Positions 8,971 to 21,481 of a stretch of DNA of 32,000 nucleotides are shown piece after piece. The notes beneath the pieces were generated by a model, which searched no databases, was not told the origin of the DNA, and saw only the letters and a list, made by a program, of their open reading frames with translations. The stretch covers positions 1,143,272 to 1,175,271 of the forward strand of contig NZ_LT963434.1 of the NCBI RefSeq assembly GCF_900199515.1. The letters run 5' to 3'. The first letter of the stretch is position 1, and each line of letters opens with the position of its first letter. Origin of the DNA: Massilicoli timonensis (lineage in GTDB: Bacteria; Bacillota_I; Bacilli_A; Erysipelotrichales; Erysipelotrichaceae). The translations under genes were made by a program, and so were the position numbers.

Positions 8971-10548
8971 TCAGATTTCCTGCTTTTGATGCTTGCGGTA
9001 TTCACTCGGAGATACATGATAGAATTTCTTAAATACTTTATTGAAATAGAACTGATCGTTGATACCTACCATATTCGCTACTTTCTTGATCGTCATATTC
9101 GGATCCTCTAACAGTTCCATCGCTTTGCGCATCTTCTTTTCATTGATGAAATAAATCAGGTTTTTCCCGGTTTCATTCTTGAACATACGGCTCAAATAGC
9201 TCTCATTGATCGAAAAAGCCTCGGCAATCGTTTTCAAACTGAGCTTTACCGTATAATTTTCATCAATATATTCAATGATATGCGTAATATCATCACGATA
9301 TCGGTTATTATTGGTGTCTTTGATCCACGAGCGAATGTAAGCGATCGTATTATTGACGACCTTCTGCAGCATCTGGGCCGTTTCGGCATTGGAGATCAGA
9401 TCCAGCCATGCTTCTAAATGAAAGACATTCTGCAGGCCTTTCTGCATTTCATCGCCCTCCACATTGCTGAATAAAAAGACAAAGTAGTTTTTGACTTGCT
9501 TTGGATAGATGAACTCTTTTTTCATGTAGTCTAAGATCTCCATGATGATCACCTCAGCCCGTTCATAATCACGCGTGCGCATCGCTCTCATGAAATCTAA
9601 ATGATAGTTTGTCGCCATTGGATCCAGATCCTGAAAAGAAGGGATCTCTTCATCTTCAACGATGACCTTTTCACCCAGATAAAATCTCGCTTCATGACGT
9701 TCTAACAAATACTGATAAGCCTGAAACAGCATATTCAGATCATGGCTCGCTTTGCCTACGGTAACCGACATTTCGATATTCATCTGTTCCTGTACTTCGC
9801 GAATCATCAGATTGCAGTTATTCATCACACGCAGGTGCTGCATGCCCTTAAATACCAATACCCCGGAATGATTGGAAATAAACAGCAGTAAATACTGCTG
9901 ATCGGCAGGCAGCGCATCTACGATCACGGAACGCAAGCGCTCCTGTAACTGTTTATGAGAAGTGATGCGAGATTCATAAAGCAGACGAATATTATCAATG
10001 CGAAAATAAGCGAGCTGATAGCCATCGCGCCGATATTCATCAAACACACTGCCGCGCAGCACTTCCCGCACTTCTTCTTCATTCACTTCATGCTGGTTGC
10101 GGTATAAGATCATATACTGACGCAGCCGTTCGATGCTGTCCCCTTCGGCACGGATATTCTGCGTGCGATAGCTCGTAAAATAATGAATGGCATCTTTCAG
10201 TGTGCTTCTCAATAATTCTCTGTTCAGCTCTTTCCGCAGCAGATAATCAAATACCCCTGCTTTCAAAGCATTGCGCACATAATGATAGTCATCCTGATCG
10301 CTGATCACGATAATCTGGGTTGCACGATGATGCTGGCGCAGATCCAAGATCATAGATGTCAGATCGACATCATTGGTCATAATATCGGTAATGACGATCT
10401 CCGGCATCAGCTTGCGATAGTTCACCACCGCATCCGCCATATTGGTTACGGTCGATACCACTTCACAGTTTAGCTCCTTCCAGTCGATCAGCTGTTTTAA
10501 CTCTTTGCAGGAATCTAAATTTTCCTGAATCAACATGACTTTATACAT
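8971..10548 (-). CDS. Response regulator with C-terminal AraC/XylS HTH (YesN-like); receiver domain atypical
   Basis: 525 aa. The N-terminal CheY-like receiver has ITDI at the phospho-acceptor position. The C-terminal AraC signature is LSLKTIAEAFSINESYLSRMFK...VANMVGINDQFYFNKVFKKFYHVSPSEYR. Confidence 0.85.
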   Translation of the reverse strand: MYKVMLIQENLDSCKELKQLIDWKELNCEVVSTVTNMADAVVNYRKLMPEIVITDIMTNDVDLTSMILDLRQHHRATQIIVISDQDDYHYVRNALKAGVFDYLLRKELNRELLRSTLKDAIHYFTSYRTQNIRAEGDSIERLRQYMILYRNQHEVNEEEVREVLRGSVFDEYRRDGYQLAYFRIDNIRLLYESRITSHKQLQERLRSVIVDALPADQQYLLLFISNHSGVLVFKGMQHLRVMNNCNLMIREVQEQMNIEMSVTVGKASHDLNMLFQAYQYLLERHEARFYLGEKVIVEDEEIPSFQDLDPMATNYHLDFMRAMRTRDYERAEVIIMEILDYMKKEFIYPKQVKNYFVFLFSNVEGDEMQKGLQNVFHLEAWLDLISNAETAQMLQKVVNNTIAYIRSWIKDTNNNRYRDDITHIIEYIDENYTVKLSLKTIAEAFSINESYLSRMFKNETGKNLIYFINEKKMRKAMELLEDPNMTIKKVANMVGINDQFYFNKVFKKFYHVSPSEYRKHQKQEI

Positions 10549-10577
10549 AATAACACTCCTATTTCCATTTCTTTTGT

Positions 10578-10787
10578 TTATAGCATGATGCCGTTATAAA
10601 TACTCAAGGCCAAGATAAACTGCGCACTCAGCCAGCCGATTGCCATCGCCAGTAAAAAGATAAACAAATGGATCTTCCAAGGCTGCTGTAAATGACAAAA
10701 GCGATCAAAGCGCACGGCAGTCAGAGCAAAAAAGCTGACGGCAAAACAGACGATATAAACAATGAGTACAATCAAATTTGTTGCCAT
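10578..10787 (-). CDS. ywzB: Small two-TM membrane protein, DUF1146/YwzB-like
   Basis: 69 aa with two hydrophobic helices. The -10 TATAAT and GGAGG RBS are well placed. Size, topology and proximity to the atp operon match B. subtilis ywzB, which lies immediately downstream of atpC there. Confidence 0.6.
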   Translation of the reverse strand: MATNLIVLIVYIVCFAVSFFALTAVRFDRFCHLQQPWKIHLFIFLLAMAIGWLSAQFILALSIYNGIML

Positions 10788-10998
10788 ATCTTTCCTCCGT
10801 TTTTCTATTATACCTGTTTTATATTGATTTTTCTATAAATGAAACAAACTTTTAACAAAAAAATACATGCAATATTTGATAATCAAACAATATCAAAACA
10901 TCTCTATCCGCATGATTTTCATTATCATTTTGTCGCCATCACAGGGCTAGAGCCAGCATCGCACGATAAGCAGCTGCCAATGCATCGTTTTCTTTCAT

Positions 10999-12219
10999 TC
11001 AGTTCATTTGCATGCGAATCTGCGTCTGGGGAAAATACATCGCCATTGCCCCTAAGAGAAAGAAGAAGAACATTGCCGTCTGTACCCAGAAAATCGTGTA
11101 GTCAAACACGCCATGCAGCAGCGTTACCGCCAATGTCGCGGCAACTAACGCAACCAAGCCTTTGTCTGTCTTAGCTCTGAATAGCAGCCATGCCTGTTTC
11201 AAAAAACCTGCCAGATACAGAAGCACTAAGAAAGAGCCGATGATACCGAAACTGGCAAGCGGATCTAATAAAAGATTATGCGCATGCTGAGTCTTATACA
11301 TTTCATGCGGTGTATCGATCGATTGCAGATAATTAAAATAGTAAGTAAAGGAACCTTGTCCAAACAGCGGATGCGCCTGAAAACATCGCCATGCCCCTTC
11401 CCAGATCGCAAAGCGTGCCTGAAAATTACGTTCTAAGAATGTAACGCGCGGAAATAACTGCGGCTTTGTCGCAAAAAATACGATCAGCGCCCCGCATCCG
11501 CTCGTAAATGCGGCAATCACATATTTATTCATCAAAAACAGGATCATAATCCCGATGCCCCCGACTGCCGCAACCATGCCGGTCCTGCTTCCTGTCAAAT
11601 ACAAGATGAACGCCTGCAACAGCATCGCGCACAGATAATACAATTTACTTGCTTTTGATCCTTTCCCCTGTATTTTATAAAAGCACAGCAGGATCGTAAA
11701 TTCTATCATCATCGCATAATAATTCGCATTGAAGAATCCGACGCGAATACGGTATTGCCGTTTGCTGGGAATCGGCAGTGCCATAATGTCCCAATCTAAC
11801 ATCACGATGATACGATACGCATATTCAAACAACGCATACACCGCGCAAAGGCACATCAAAAATACAGCGATTCGCACGATCAGATCGAACATCGCATGAT
11901 TTACCAGCGTACGATAATACATCAATACCATGATTACCATACCCAGTAATATCCCTAATCCAACACCCCACCAGTTGCGATAACAAAGCGATACGACTAA
12001 GGTAAGCACAAGAAAGAAAGCGATCGTATATCCAAACGGCGTCTTTTTCATGACCGTCTGTAATCGGCCTTCTTTAATCATATAGAAAAATGCGAATATG
12101 ACTGCCGGAACCGTTACAAAAAAAGGCAGAAACATCGAAATCAACGTCCAAACGATGACCTTGTCTTCACCTGACAGCCCTTGCAGTTCTTTTTTTACAT
12201 TACTCAATTCTTGTAACAT
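10999..12219 (-). CDS. O-antigen ligase / Wzy_C-like polytopic membrane protein
   Basis: 406 aa with at least 10 hydrophobic helices. The central segment LYLTGSRTGMVAAVGGIG is followed by a larger loop with HAHNLLLD. This pattern is typical of the O-antigen ligase/polymerase (Wzy_C) family. Confidence 0.6.
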   Translation of the reverse strand: MLQELSNVKKELQGLSGEDKVIVWTLISMFLPFFVTVPAVIFAFFYMIKEGRLQTVMKKTPFGYTIAFFLVLTLVVSLCYRNWWGVGLGILLGMVIMVLMYYRTLVNHAMFDLIVRIAVFLMCLCAVYALFEYAYRIIVMLDWDIMALPIPSKRQYRIRVGFFNANYYAMMIEFTILLCFYKIQGKGSKASKLYYLCAMLLQAFILYLTGSRTGMVAAVGGIGIMILFLMNKYVIAAFTSGCGALIVFFATKPQLFPRVTFLERNFQARFAIWEGAWRCFQAHPLFGQGSFTYYFNYLQSIDTPHEMYKTQHAHNLLLDPLASFGIIGSFLVLLYLAGFLKQAWLLFRAKTDKGLVALVAATLAVTLLHGVFDYTIFWVQTAMFFFFLLGAMAMYFPQTQIRMQMN

Positions 12220-12341
12220 AAAAACCCCTTTCTATTTCATTACTTTCCATTATAATGAAATTCCCTATAAAAAGGAAGCGCAATTTTTTCTCATAAAAAC
12301 AAACAGTCCTCCGCTTGTGAGCAGAGAACCGTTCATTTGGT

Positions 12342-13346
12342 TTAATTGGCGTTGCAAGTGCCTTTCTGTGATTCATATTCGTATATTTTTTTATTTGACT
12401 CATTGATCCCGTTTTCTTTCTTCGTGATCTCGCTTGTCGTTGCCGCTAATTCCTCTTTGGCAGTATTCAACTGTTTGCCGATATTGCCGTATTCTGTATT
12501 CAACGCTGTCAGTTGGTTATTCAGATCGGTGATTTCTTCTTCTGATAGCTCATCTTCCTTCAAGGAAGTCTCGATCTTGGTAATGCTTTCGATGCAGGCA
12601 TCATATTTTTTTTGAATACTAGCTACCATGGCCTGCTGTTCTCCCTGCTTTGTATAAAGGGTTTTTAACTCACCCTGCAAAGTGGCGATCGTTTTTCTTT
12701 CTCCCTCGATCAACTCATCCAACTTCGCGTCCTCTGCACTGCAATCTTTTTCATTATCCTTCTCATCATCTTTTTCGTCTTCTTTCTCATCGTCTTTTTC
12801 ATTATCTTTTTCATCGTCTTTTTCCTTATCCTTTTCATCGACTTCCTCAGTCTGATCCTCTTTTTTCTTAGAATCATCTGATCCGCCCATGAAGTTCATC
12901 GCAACGACGACCGCAACGATCAAAAGAATTGCCACGACCGCAATAATGATGCCGGTAATGATCTTATTCTGTTTATCGTTTTTATCGGGATCAGTCGGTT
13001 TCTTCGGCTGTCCGCCTTTATTTTTCGATGACTTTGTCGATTTCAGCACCAATTCTTCTTCCTCATCAGTACGAGTTGTCCGCTCTTCCTGCGCCTGTTT
13101 CGCACTTGTCAAGATCGTAAGGGTCTTATCCTGCATAGACAAATCCTTTGTCGTCATGACCCGTGTCAGATCATCTCCTGCTTCTGTGCGTTTATCAAAT
13201 GCGCTGTCTGAATCATTTGCCGGGGTCGCAGCTTTTTTAGATGGCTGCTGCGCCATCTGTTCGGCTGCTTCTTCTTTTTCGTATTCTTCGACCATCTTCA
13301 TCAAGTCAATATCTTCATTTGTATCTTCGATTCGTTTGTTTGTCAC
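12342..13346 (-). CDS. Hypothetical bitopic membrane protein with an acidic octapeptide repeat and an extracytoplasmic coiled coil
   Basis: I moved the start to the second GTG (13346), with GGAGG 8 nt upstream. A charged N-terminus precedes a single TM helix (IITGIIIAVVAILLIVAVVVAM). Then comes 4x DEK[DE][DKN]EKD, followed by heptad-like sequence (TIATLQGELKTLY...LNNQLTALNTEYGNIGKQLNTAKEEL). I recognise no family. Confidence 0.65.
   Translation of the reverse strand: MTNKRIEDTNEDIDLMKMVEEYEKEEAAEQMAQQPSKKAATPANDSDSAFDKRTEAGDDLTRVMTTKDLSMQDKTLTILTSAKQAQEERTTRTDEEEELVLKSTKSSKNKGGQPKKPTDPDKNDKQNKIITGIIIAVVAILLIVAVVVAMNFMGGSDDSKKKEDQTEEVDEKDKEKDDEKDNEKDDEKEDEKDDEKDNEKDCSAEDAKLDELIEGERKTIATLQGELKTLYTKQGEQQAMVASIQKKYDACIESITKIETSLKEDELSEEEITDLNNQLTALNTEYGNIGKQLNTAKEELAATTSEITKKENGINESNKKIYEYESQKGTCNAN
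12744..12839. repeat. Four imperfect 24-bp tandem repeats inside the acidic-repeat CDS
   Basis: Plus-strand units: atctttttcattatccttctcatc / atctttttcgtcttctttctcatc / gtctttttcattatctttttcatc / gtctttttccttatccttttcatc. They encode DEKDKEKD-DEKDNEKD-DEKEDEKD-DEKDNEKD on the minus strand. Confidence 0.9.
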
Positions 13347-13597
13347 GCAAAACACCTCCGCATTTGGTTTTATTGTACCATAAATATGGAATTTTTCTAC
13401 TTTTTATTAGCAGAAAACCAGTTTTCTCAATACATTCCCAAATCCTGTTGTTTCATGATAAGATCATTTCAAAGAAGGATCCTTGATACTGATCGCCTTA
13501 TCCTTATCAATATGATCAATACCTAATATAGTGATCATGAAAGCTGGTGCTTATATAAGCATCATGCGAAATATGACTTCTTTCTATGGAGGATTTT

Positions 13598-14719
13598 ATG
13601 TCTGGTAAAAAACAAATCTTGCTTCTTTTCATCCTGCTGCTCACCCTTTGTGCCTGTAAACCAAAACCGCTTTCTTATGAAATTACTTTCCAGAAAGAAG
13701 AAGCGCTTGAACAAGTGTTTGATGAACTGGCATTTAGCGAAGACCGCAACGAGCTGGTAGTCCATGGCTTTTTCAACAATACATTGTATTTCAGTAAATG
13801 GCATGATGATGCTTCCATGATCGGTCAGACCAAGTTAGTCTGGAAATATGACTTTGATACACAAGAATATGCAGAAGTACTCACCCTCAAAGACCATTTG
13901 CGTGTGCAAGATCTGGTAGAGTTGGAAGATGGCACGATCCTTTATACAGCGGTAAAGTCCGGTGAGATCGACTACCTCACTCCTTACACTGTCGAAATTC
14001 ATTTCGTTGAAAAGGGAAAAGACAATACTTTACGAAGCGGCCTTACATGGAACTATATCGGCACCCCAATGATCTACATGAATCAAAACGGCTGTCATTT
14101 GAATCTATTTACGATGACAGATTACAACGAAGACTATACAACCTTTTTAGAATGCTATCATCTGTATCGCTTCCGCAATCACAAACTCGAATTGGTGGAA
14201 TATGGCGCTTATCAGGTAAACAACAATTCAATTACACCGAATCAGGGAGATCGCTTCTGGTCTAATCTTGGAACAATGGCAGTCAATCATGATCAGTTAT
14301 TCTATCTGATCAAACATGATGATACGATTGCGCTCAACTATGGAAAAATAAAGATGAATACGTTACCTTTGGACTTTTCGCCAAACGGCATGTATGAGGC
14401 AACCGATGATTATTTTATAACTACTGATAATCTAATGAAAAATGTTACCTATCGGCTATCTGATATGGAAAAGTTATATTTCCCTGAACTGGATGGCTGC
14501 TGCAACGGTGATCTGGTCGCTTTCGATAACGGCCTGCTCGCTGTCAAAAATGATGACAATGACATTTTCCGTTATTATTTCTTGAAAGATGATCGTTTGA
14601 CACCGATACAGACAGATTTCCCACAAGATACACGCTACCATATTTTGCACGATCATGCGCATATGATCATTCATACATACAATAATCATACATTCTATCG
14701 GATCTCTTTGACAAACTGA
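13598..14719 (+). CDS. Hypothetical lipoprotein
   Basis: I moved the start to MSGKKQ (ATG 13598), with GGAGG 4 nt upstream inside the track's earlier ATG. The signal peptide KKQILLLFILLLTLCAC has lipobox L-C-A-C. The mature part is rich in aromatic, Asn and Asp residues, consistent with a beta-rich fold. I recognise no family. Confidence 0.7.
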   Translation: MSGKKQILLLFILLLTLCACKPKPLSYEITFQKEEALEQVFDELAFSEDRNELVVHGFFNNTLYFSKWHDDASMIGQTKLVWKYDFDTQEYAEVLTLKDHLRVQDLVELEDGTILYTAVKSGEIDYLTPYTVEIHFVEKGKDNTLRSGLTWNYIGTPMIYMNQNGCHLNLFTMTDYNEDYTTFLECYHLYRFRNHKLELVEYGAYQVNNNSITPNQGDRFWSNLGTMAVNHDQLFYLIKHDDTIALNYGKIKMNTLPLDFSPNGMYEATDDYFITTDNLMKNVTYRLSDMEKLYFPELDGCCNGDLVAFDNGLLAVKNDDNDIFRYYFLKDDRLTPIQTDFPQDTRYHILHDHAHMIIHTYNNHTFYRISLTN

Positions 14720-14808
14720 TCTTTTCGTTCATCTCTAGCCATGTCCTTACATGGATAAAACCTTTCACATCATAGATATTGCCGAAGAATCGCGCCTCCA
14801 TAAGCAAA

Positions 14809-14847
14809 AGCACTCTGCACACATTGATAGGGCAGAATGCTTTTTTC
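14809..14847. terminator. Bidirectional rho-independent terminator between the lipoprotein gene and atpC
   Basis: The stem AGCACTCTGC / GCAGAATGCT has one mismatch. It has a 13-nt loop. It is flanked by TTTTTT on the + strand and TTTTGCTT on the - strand. It abuts the atpC stop at 14849. Confidence 0.75.
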
Positions 14848-14848
14848 A

Positions 14849-17494
<2,646 letters not shown>

Positions 17495-17497
17495 ACA

Positions 17498-19015
17498 CTA
17501 TCCTTCCAGTACTTCATACTGTTTCGCAAATGCTTCCAAAGCCGTTTTGATCTTCGCCTCTAACTCATCATCCAATTTCTGTTTCGCATCGATTTCACTG
17601 AAAATATCCGCATGTTCGCGTTCCATATATTTCAACATTTCTTTTTCGTAGTTTCCTACCTGTTTTGCCGCAACCGGCTTTAAGAATTTATTTTTCGCCG
17701 CATACAGCGATACGACCTGATGTGATACCGGCATCGGTTCATACTGATTTTGGATCAGCAGCTGGGTCAGGCGTTCACCATGTGCCAATACGCCTGCCGT
17801 AGCCGCATCTAAGTCGCTTCCGAATTTCGCAAACGCCTGCATTTCCGCATACTGTGCCAGCTCCAGTTTCAAAGAGCCGGATACCTGCTTCATCGCCTTG
17901 ATCTGCGCCGCACTGCCGACACGAGATACCGAAAGACCGCTGTCTACCGCCGGACGAATACCGGCATTAAACAATTCGCTCTGCAAGAAAATCTGTCCAT
18001 CGGTAATGGAAATGACATTGGTCGGAATATAGGCGGAAATATCGCCTGCCTGTGTTTCAATGATCGGCAAAGCCGTCAAGCTGCCTCCGCCCAGTTCATC
18101 ATTTAATTTCGCCGCACGCTCCAATAAACGGCTGTGCAGATAGAAGACATCGCCCGGATATGCTTCACGTCCCGGCGGGCGTTTCAGAAGCAGCGACATC
18201 GTACGGTATGCGACCGCATGTTTGCTGAGATCGTCATAAACGATCAGCACGTCTTCGCCCTTTTCCATCCACTCTTCACCGATCGCACAGCCCGCATAAG
18301 GCGCAATATACTGCAGCGGCGCCGGTTCACTCGCTGTGGAAGATACGATCGTCGTATATTCCATGGCACCATAACTGCGCAGTTTTTCCACGATCTGTGC
18401 AACCGTGCTGGCTTTCTGACCGATTGCCACATAAATACATTTTACATTTTTTCCTTTTTGATTGATGATCGTATCGATCGCAATCGCCGTTTTACCGGTC
18501 TGACGATCGCCGATGATCAATTCACGCTGTCCTTTCCCGATCGGGATCATCGAATCAATGATCTTGAGTCCGGTCTGGATCGGCTGAAATACACTTTTTC
18601 TCGTCATAACGCCCGGTGCAACACGTTCTACTTCACGATAGCGGTCGCTCTTGATCGCTTCACCGCCATCGATCGCCTGTCCCAACGCGTTTACCACACG
18701 TCCCAGCATGCAATCACCGACCGGCACCTCAACGATACGCCCGGTACGCTTGACTTCATCTCCTTCTTTGATGCCGGAATCATCGCCCATCAGCACGGCT
18801 CCGACATGTTCTTCCTCCAGGTTCAGCACCATTCCATATACATCGCCCGGAAATAACAGCAGCTCGCCTGCCATCGCATTTTGAAGTCCATAGATCAAAG
18901 CGATCCCATCACCGATCGTAATGACCGTTCCGCTTTCGCCCACATCTAAGTCTTCATCATAGCGCTTGATCTGCTCTTTGATCAGTTTACTGATTTCTTC
19001 TGGCCGTAGATTCAT
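17498..19015 (-). CDS. atpA: F1 ATP synthase alpha subunit
   Basis: 505 aa. Walker [10 protein letters not shown] is present, and the alpha-subunit pattern holds over the full length. Confidence 0.97.
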   Translation of the reverse strand: MNLRPEEISKLIKEQIKRYDEDLDVGESGTVITIGDGIALIYGLQNAMAGELLLFPGDVYGMVLNLEEEHVGAVLMGDDSGIKEGDEVKRTGRIVEVPVGDCMLGRVVNALGQAIDGGEAIKSDRYREVERVAPGVMTRKSVFQPIQTGLKIIDSMIPIGKGQRELIIGDRQTGKTAIAIDTIINQKGKNVKCIYVAIGQKASTVAQIVEKLRSYGAMEYTTIVSSTASEPAPLQYIAPYAGCAIGEEWMEKGEDVLIVYDDLSKHAVAYRTMSLLLKRPPGREAYPGDVFYLHSRLLERAAKLNDELGGGSLTALPIIETQAGDISAYIPTNVISITDGQIFLQSELFNAGIRPAVDSGLSVSRVGSAAQIKAMKQVSGSLKLELAQYAEMQAFAKFGSDLDAATAGVLAHGERLTQLLIQNQYEPMPVSHQVVSLYAAKNKFLKPVAAKQVGNYEKEMLKYMEREHADIFSEIDAKQKLDDELEAKIKTALEAFAKQYEVLEG

Positions 19016-19030
19016 ATGCGCTCACCTCAC

Positions 19031-19576
19031 TTATCGCTCATTTGCTGACTGCACAGACTCTTTCATTTTGTTTAACCGCATCGCGGCCGAGTTGTCAATC
19101 ACCAAATCATCTACTTTCACTCTGATGCCTGCCAATAACGATGGATCGACCAGCACCTGCAGTTCCACTGTCTTGGATAACTTTTGTTCCAACAACGCCT
19201 TGAGCGCGGCACACTGTTTTTCATCCAGTTCCTGTGCGCTTCTTACAAGCGCCACCGCGATCCGGTATTCTTCGTTGTATGCCTTCACAAAAGCTTTTAC
19301 GATCTGAAAAAAACTCACAAAACGTCCTTTATCGATCAACAGCTTCATAAAATTCATGAGGCTGTGATCTGTATCGGCACCGTACACTTGCACAAGCAGT
19401 TCCTTTTTTTCAGCCTTGGCAACCCTTGGATGATTCAAGATCTTTACGAAATCACCATGTTCCCTAAGCGATGCCGCAATCGCCGTCAGCTGTTCTTTAT
19501 AAACATCTAAACGCTGTTCCTCTTTGCCTAATGCAAACAGCGCCTGCGCATAAGCGTTCGCGGCTATGCCTGCCAT
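19031..19576 (-). CDS. atpH: F1 ATP synthase delta (OSCP) subunit
   Basis: 181 aa. The N-terminus .A..YA.ALF....E is OSCP-like, and the gene sits between atpF and atpA. Confidence 0.9.
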   Translation of the reverse strand: MAGIAANAYAQALFALGKEEQRLDVYKEQLTAIAASLREHGDFVKILNHPRVAKAEKKELLVQVYGADTDHSLMNFMKLLIDKGRFVSFFQIVKAFVKAYNEEYRIAVALVRSAQELDEKQCAALKALLEQKLSKTVELQVLVDPSLLAGIRVKVDDLVIDNSAAMRLNKMKESVQSANER

Positions 19577-20091
19577 GTATCTTCACCTGCCTGCTCGATG
19601 AAGTCTTTTACATATTGTTTATGGGTCGCTTCATCCAGTTCTTTTTCAACGATCTTACCGGCCGCAAGAAAAGCAACTTCCGTGATCTCGTCTTTGATCT
19701 GCTTGCGGGCAAGCACTTTTTCCCGTTCAATATCGGCAGCCGCTTTTTCTTTCATCAGATCAGCGCTGCGCCGTGCATCTGCCAAAATTTCCCGCTTTTC
19801 TTCATTCGCGTTCTTTTTCGCCGTTTCCATGAGCGCATGCGCTTCCGCTTTCACACTTGCAAGCTGTTCTTCATACTGCTGCTTATATTGTGCGCCTTCT
19901 GCTTTCGCCGCTTTCGCCGCATCTAAATCACCCTGGATCACTTCCGAGCGGGCATTGAGATAAACCGTTACCTTATCCCAGAAGAAATGCTTTGCGATAA
20001 GTACAATGAGCAATGTGGAAATACAGATCAGAAGCATATCGGTTGGAACCAATCGTAAATAACTATTGATATCAAATACAAAACCATTCAT
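19564..20091 (-). CDS. atpF: Fo ATP synthase b subunit
   Basis: 175 aa with a single N-terminal TM helix followed by a long charged helix (AKAAKAEGAQYKQQYEEQLA...). Confidence 0.9.
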   Translation of the reverse strand: MNGFVFDINSYLRLVPTDMLLICISTLLIVLIAKHFFWDKVTVYLNARSEVIQGDLDAAKAAKAEGAQYKQQYEEQLASVKAEAHALMETAKKNANEEKREILADARRSADLMKEKAAADIEREKVLARKQIKDEITEVAFLAAGKIVEKELDEATHKQYVKDFIEQAGEDTWQA

Positions 20092-20127
20092 GTCTTATCT
20101 GTCCTCCTTCTCTTCTAAAATGCGTGA

Positions 20128-20385
<258 letters not shown>

Positions 20386-20420
20386 TCAACTAATCGTCTT
20401 TTTATGTAGTTCTGTTTTTA

Positions 20421-21113
20421 CTATTCACCTTCACACACCTGCTCGCTCAAGAAGAAGCTTGCCAGCGTAAAGAAGATATAAGTCTGAATCAGACCTGAGA
20501 AAATATCAAAATATGCGTGCAGCAGCGGGGTAAACAGATAACCCAGCGCACCGAACGGCATAAACGATGTCATCATGTAGTAAACAAGCGCCATGATGAT
20601 CGAGCCTGCCAAAATATTGCCAAACAAACGCAGCGACAGTGAGATCGGCAGAGCCAGTTCGCCGATGATATTTAACGGAGTTAAAAAGAACATCGGTTCT
20701 GTCAGTTCTTTCATTCGCGCAAGCAGCCCGCCTTTTCTGATTCCGTTATACTGAATCAGCAGAAACATCATAAGCGCCAGTGTTACATTCACGCTCAGAT
20801 TTGATGTCGGCGGCTGTAAGCCCAACAGTCCCAGCAGATTGCTCATCGCCATCATCATCGTCAGCGTTCCTAAAAACGGCAAATAACGATGTGTTTTTTC
20901 TTTCAGGTTATCGCCGATGATGCTCATGCACGTGTTATACAGCATTTCCACCATCAATACGATGCCTTTCGGCGCCTGCGTCGGATCTGCTTTTTCAAAC
21001 TTTTTGCCCCATATCACAAGCAGCACACACAGAATGACACATAGGCCCAGCCAATTAACAACTGATTGGGGAATCTCAAGGACAAATGAGCCAACTGTGA
21101 TCACAAAGTCCAT
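20421..21113 (-). CDS. atpB: Fo ATP synthase a subunit
   Basis: 230 aa. The essential-Arg helix LSLRLFGNILAG is present, in a multi-TM protein. Confidence 0.95.
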   Translation of the reverse strand: MDFVITVGSFVLEIPQSVVNWLGLCVILCVLLVIWGKKFEKADPTQAPKGIVLMVEMLYNTCMSIIGDNLKEKTHRYLPFLGTLTMMMAMSNLLGLLGLQPPTSNLSVNVTLALMMFLLIQYNGIRKGGLLARMKELTEPMFFLTPLNIIGELALPISLSLRLFGNILAGSIIMALVYYMMTSFMPFGALGYLFTPLLHAYFDIFSGLIQTYIFFTLASFFLSEQVCEGE

Positions 21114-21481
21114 TATTCAGCCTCCTTTCTGTGCATCCACACATATAAAAGTATTGCGACTTTGTGGCAGGAAAAACCCACCAGCATCGCCAATATATCA
21201 ACGCCTGCATAGGCGCTAATACCAAACACCAATAAATACAGCACATAGCGCTTCGCATATTCCGAGAATGCCGGCAGCTTCAGATCGGTTACGCTGCCAT
21301 CGATCCGCTCGCTCATCGCAATGATCTTCTGAAAGCCAAGCACCCCGCTTAATGCACCGATCGCCACACCGGCGGGAACGTATTTATATTCCTGTGTAAG
21401 CAGCGCCATGGCTGCCATGGCAATCGCCATCAAAAGCCAAGTCAATTGCCGGATCCCGCGGTACATTCGTTTTTCATTCAT
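21113..21481 (-). CDS. atpI: ATP synthase protein I (AtpI-like)
   Basis: 122 aa hydrophobic protein immediately upstream of atpB with a 1-nt overlap. Size and topology fit AtpI. Confidence 0.65.
   Translation of the reverse strand: MNEKRMYRGIRQLTWLLMAIAMAAMALLTQEYKYVPAGVAIGALSGVLGFQKIIAMSERIDGSVTDLKLPAFSEYAKRYVLYLLVFGISAYAGVDILAMLVGFSCHKVAILLYVWMHRKEAE

Noticed and set aside
10874-10894. Palindromes TTTGATAATCAAA and TTGATA-N9-TATCAA upstream of the ywzB-like gene
   Set aside because: They are short, AT-only symmetry in an AT-rich spacer. They match no operator consensus I know (cre, Fur, PerR, Zur), and I cannot judge conservation from one sequence.
10913-10927. Fur-box-like sequence TGATAATGAAAATCA (minus strand), matching 13 of 15 positions of the Bacillus 7-1-7 Fur box and 14 of 19 of the classical 19-mer
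   Set aside because: It sits in an AT-rich intergenic region where such matches arise by chance. The downstream gene (DUF1146) has no known link to iron, and the two mismatches fall in the symmetric core. It is worth only a PWM background check.
12200-12403. 67-aa minus-strand ORF and other 60-110 aa ORFs in intergenic or overlapping positions (for example 13562..13804, 14667..14849, 10839..11174, 648..944)
   Set aside because: They have no RBS at a proper distance, overlap better-supported genes or terminators, and have biased low-complexity compositions.
13440-13540. Local cluster of GATC sites in the divergent intergenic region
   Set aside because: GATC is frequent throughout this window, in coding regions as well, so the cluster does not stand out enough to suggest Dam- or SeqA-type regulation without a statistical count.
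13549-13560. Perfect 12-bp palindrome GCTTATATAAGC upstream of the lipoprotein gene
   Set aside because: It is most simply the -10 region (TGcTTATAT) of that gene's promoter. The palindromy is a by-product of TATA-like sequence, and nothing else supports an operator.
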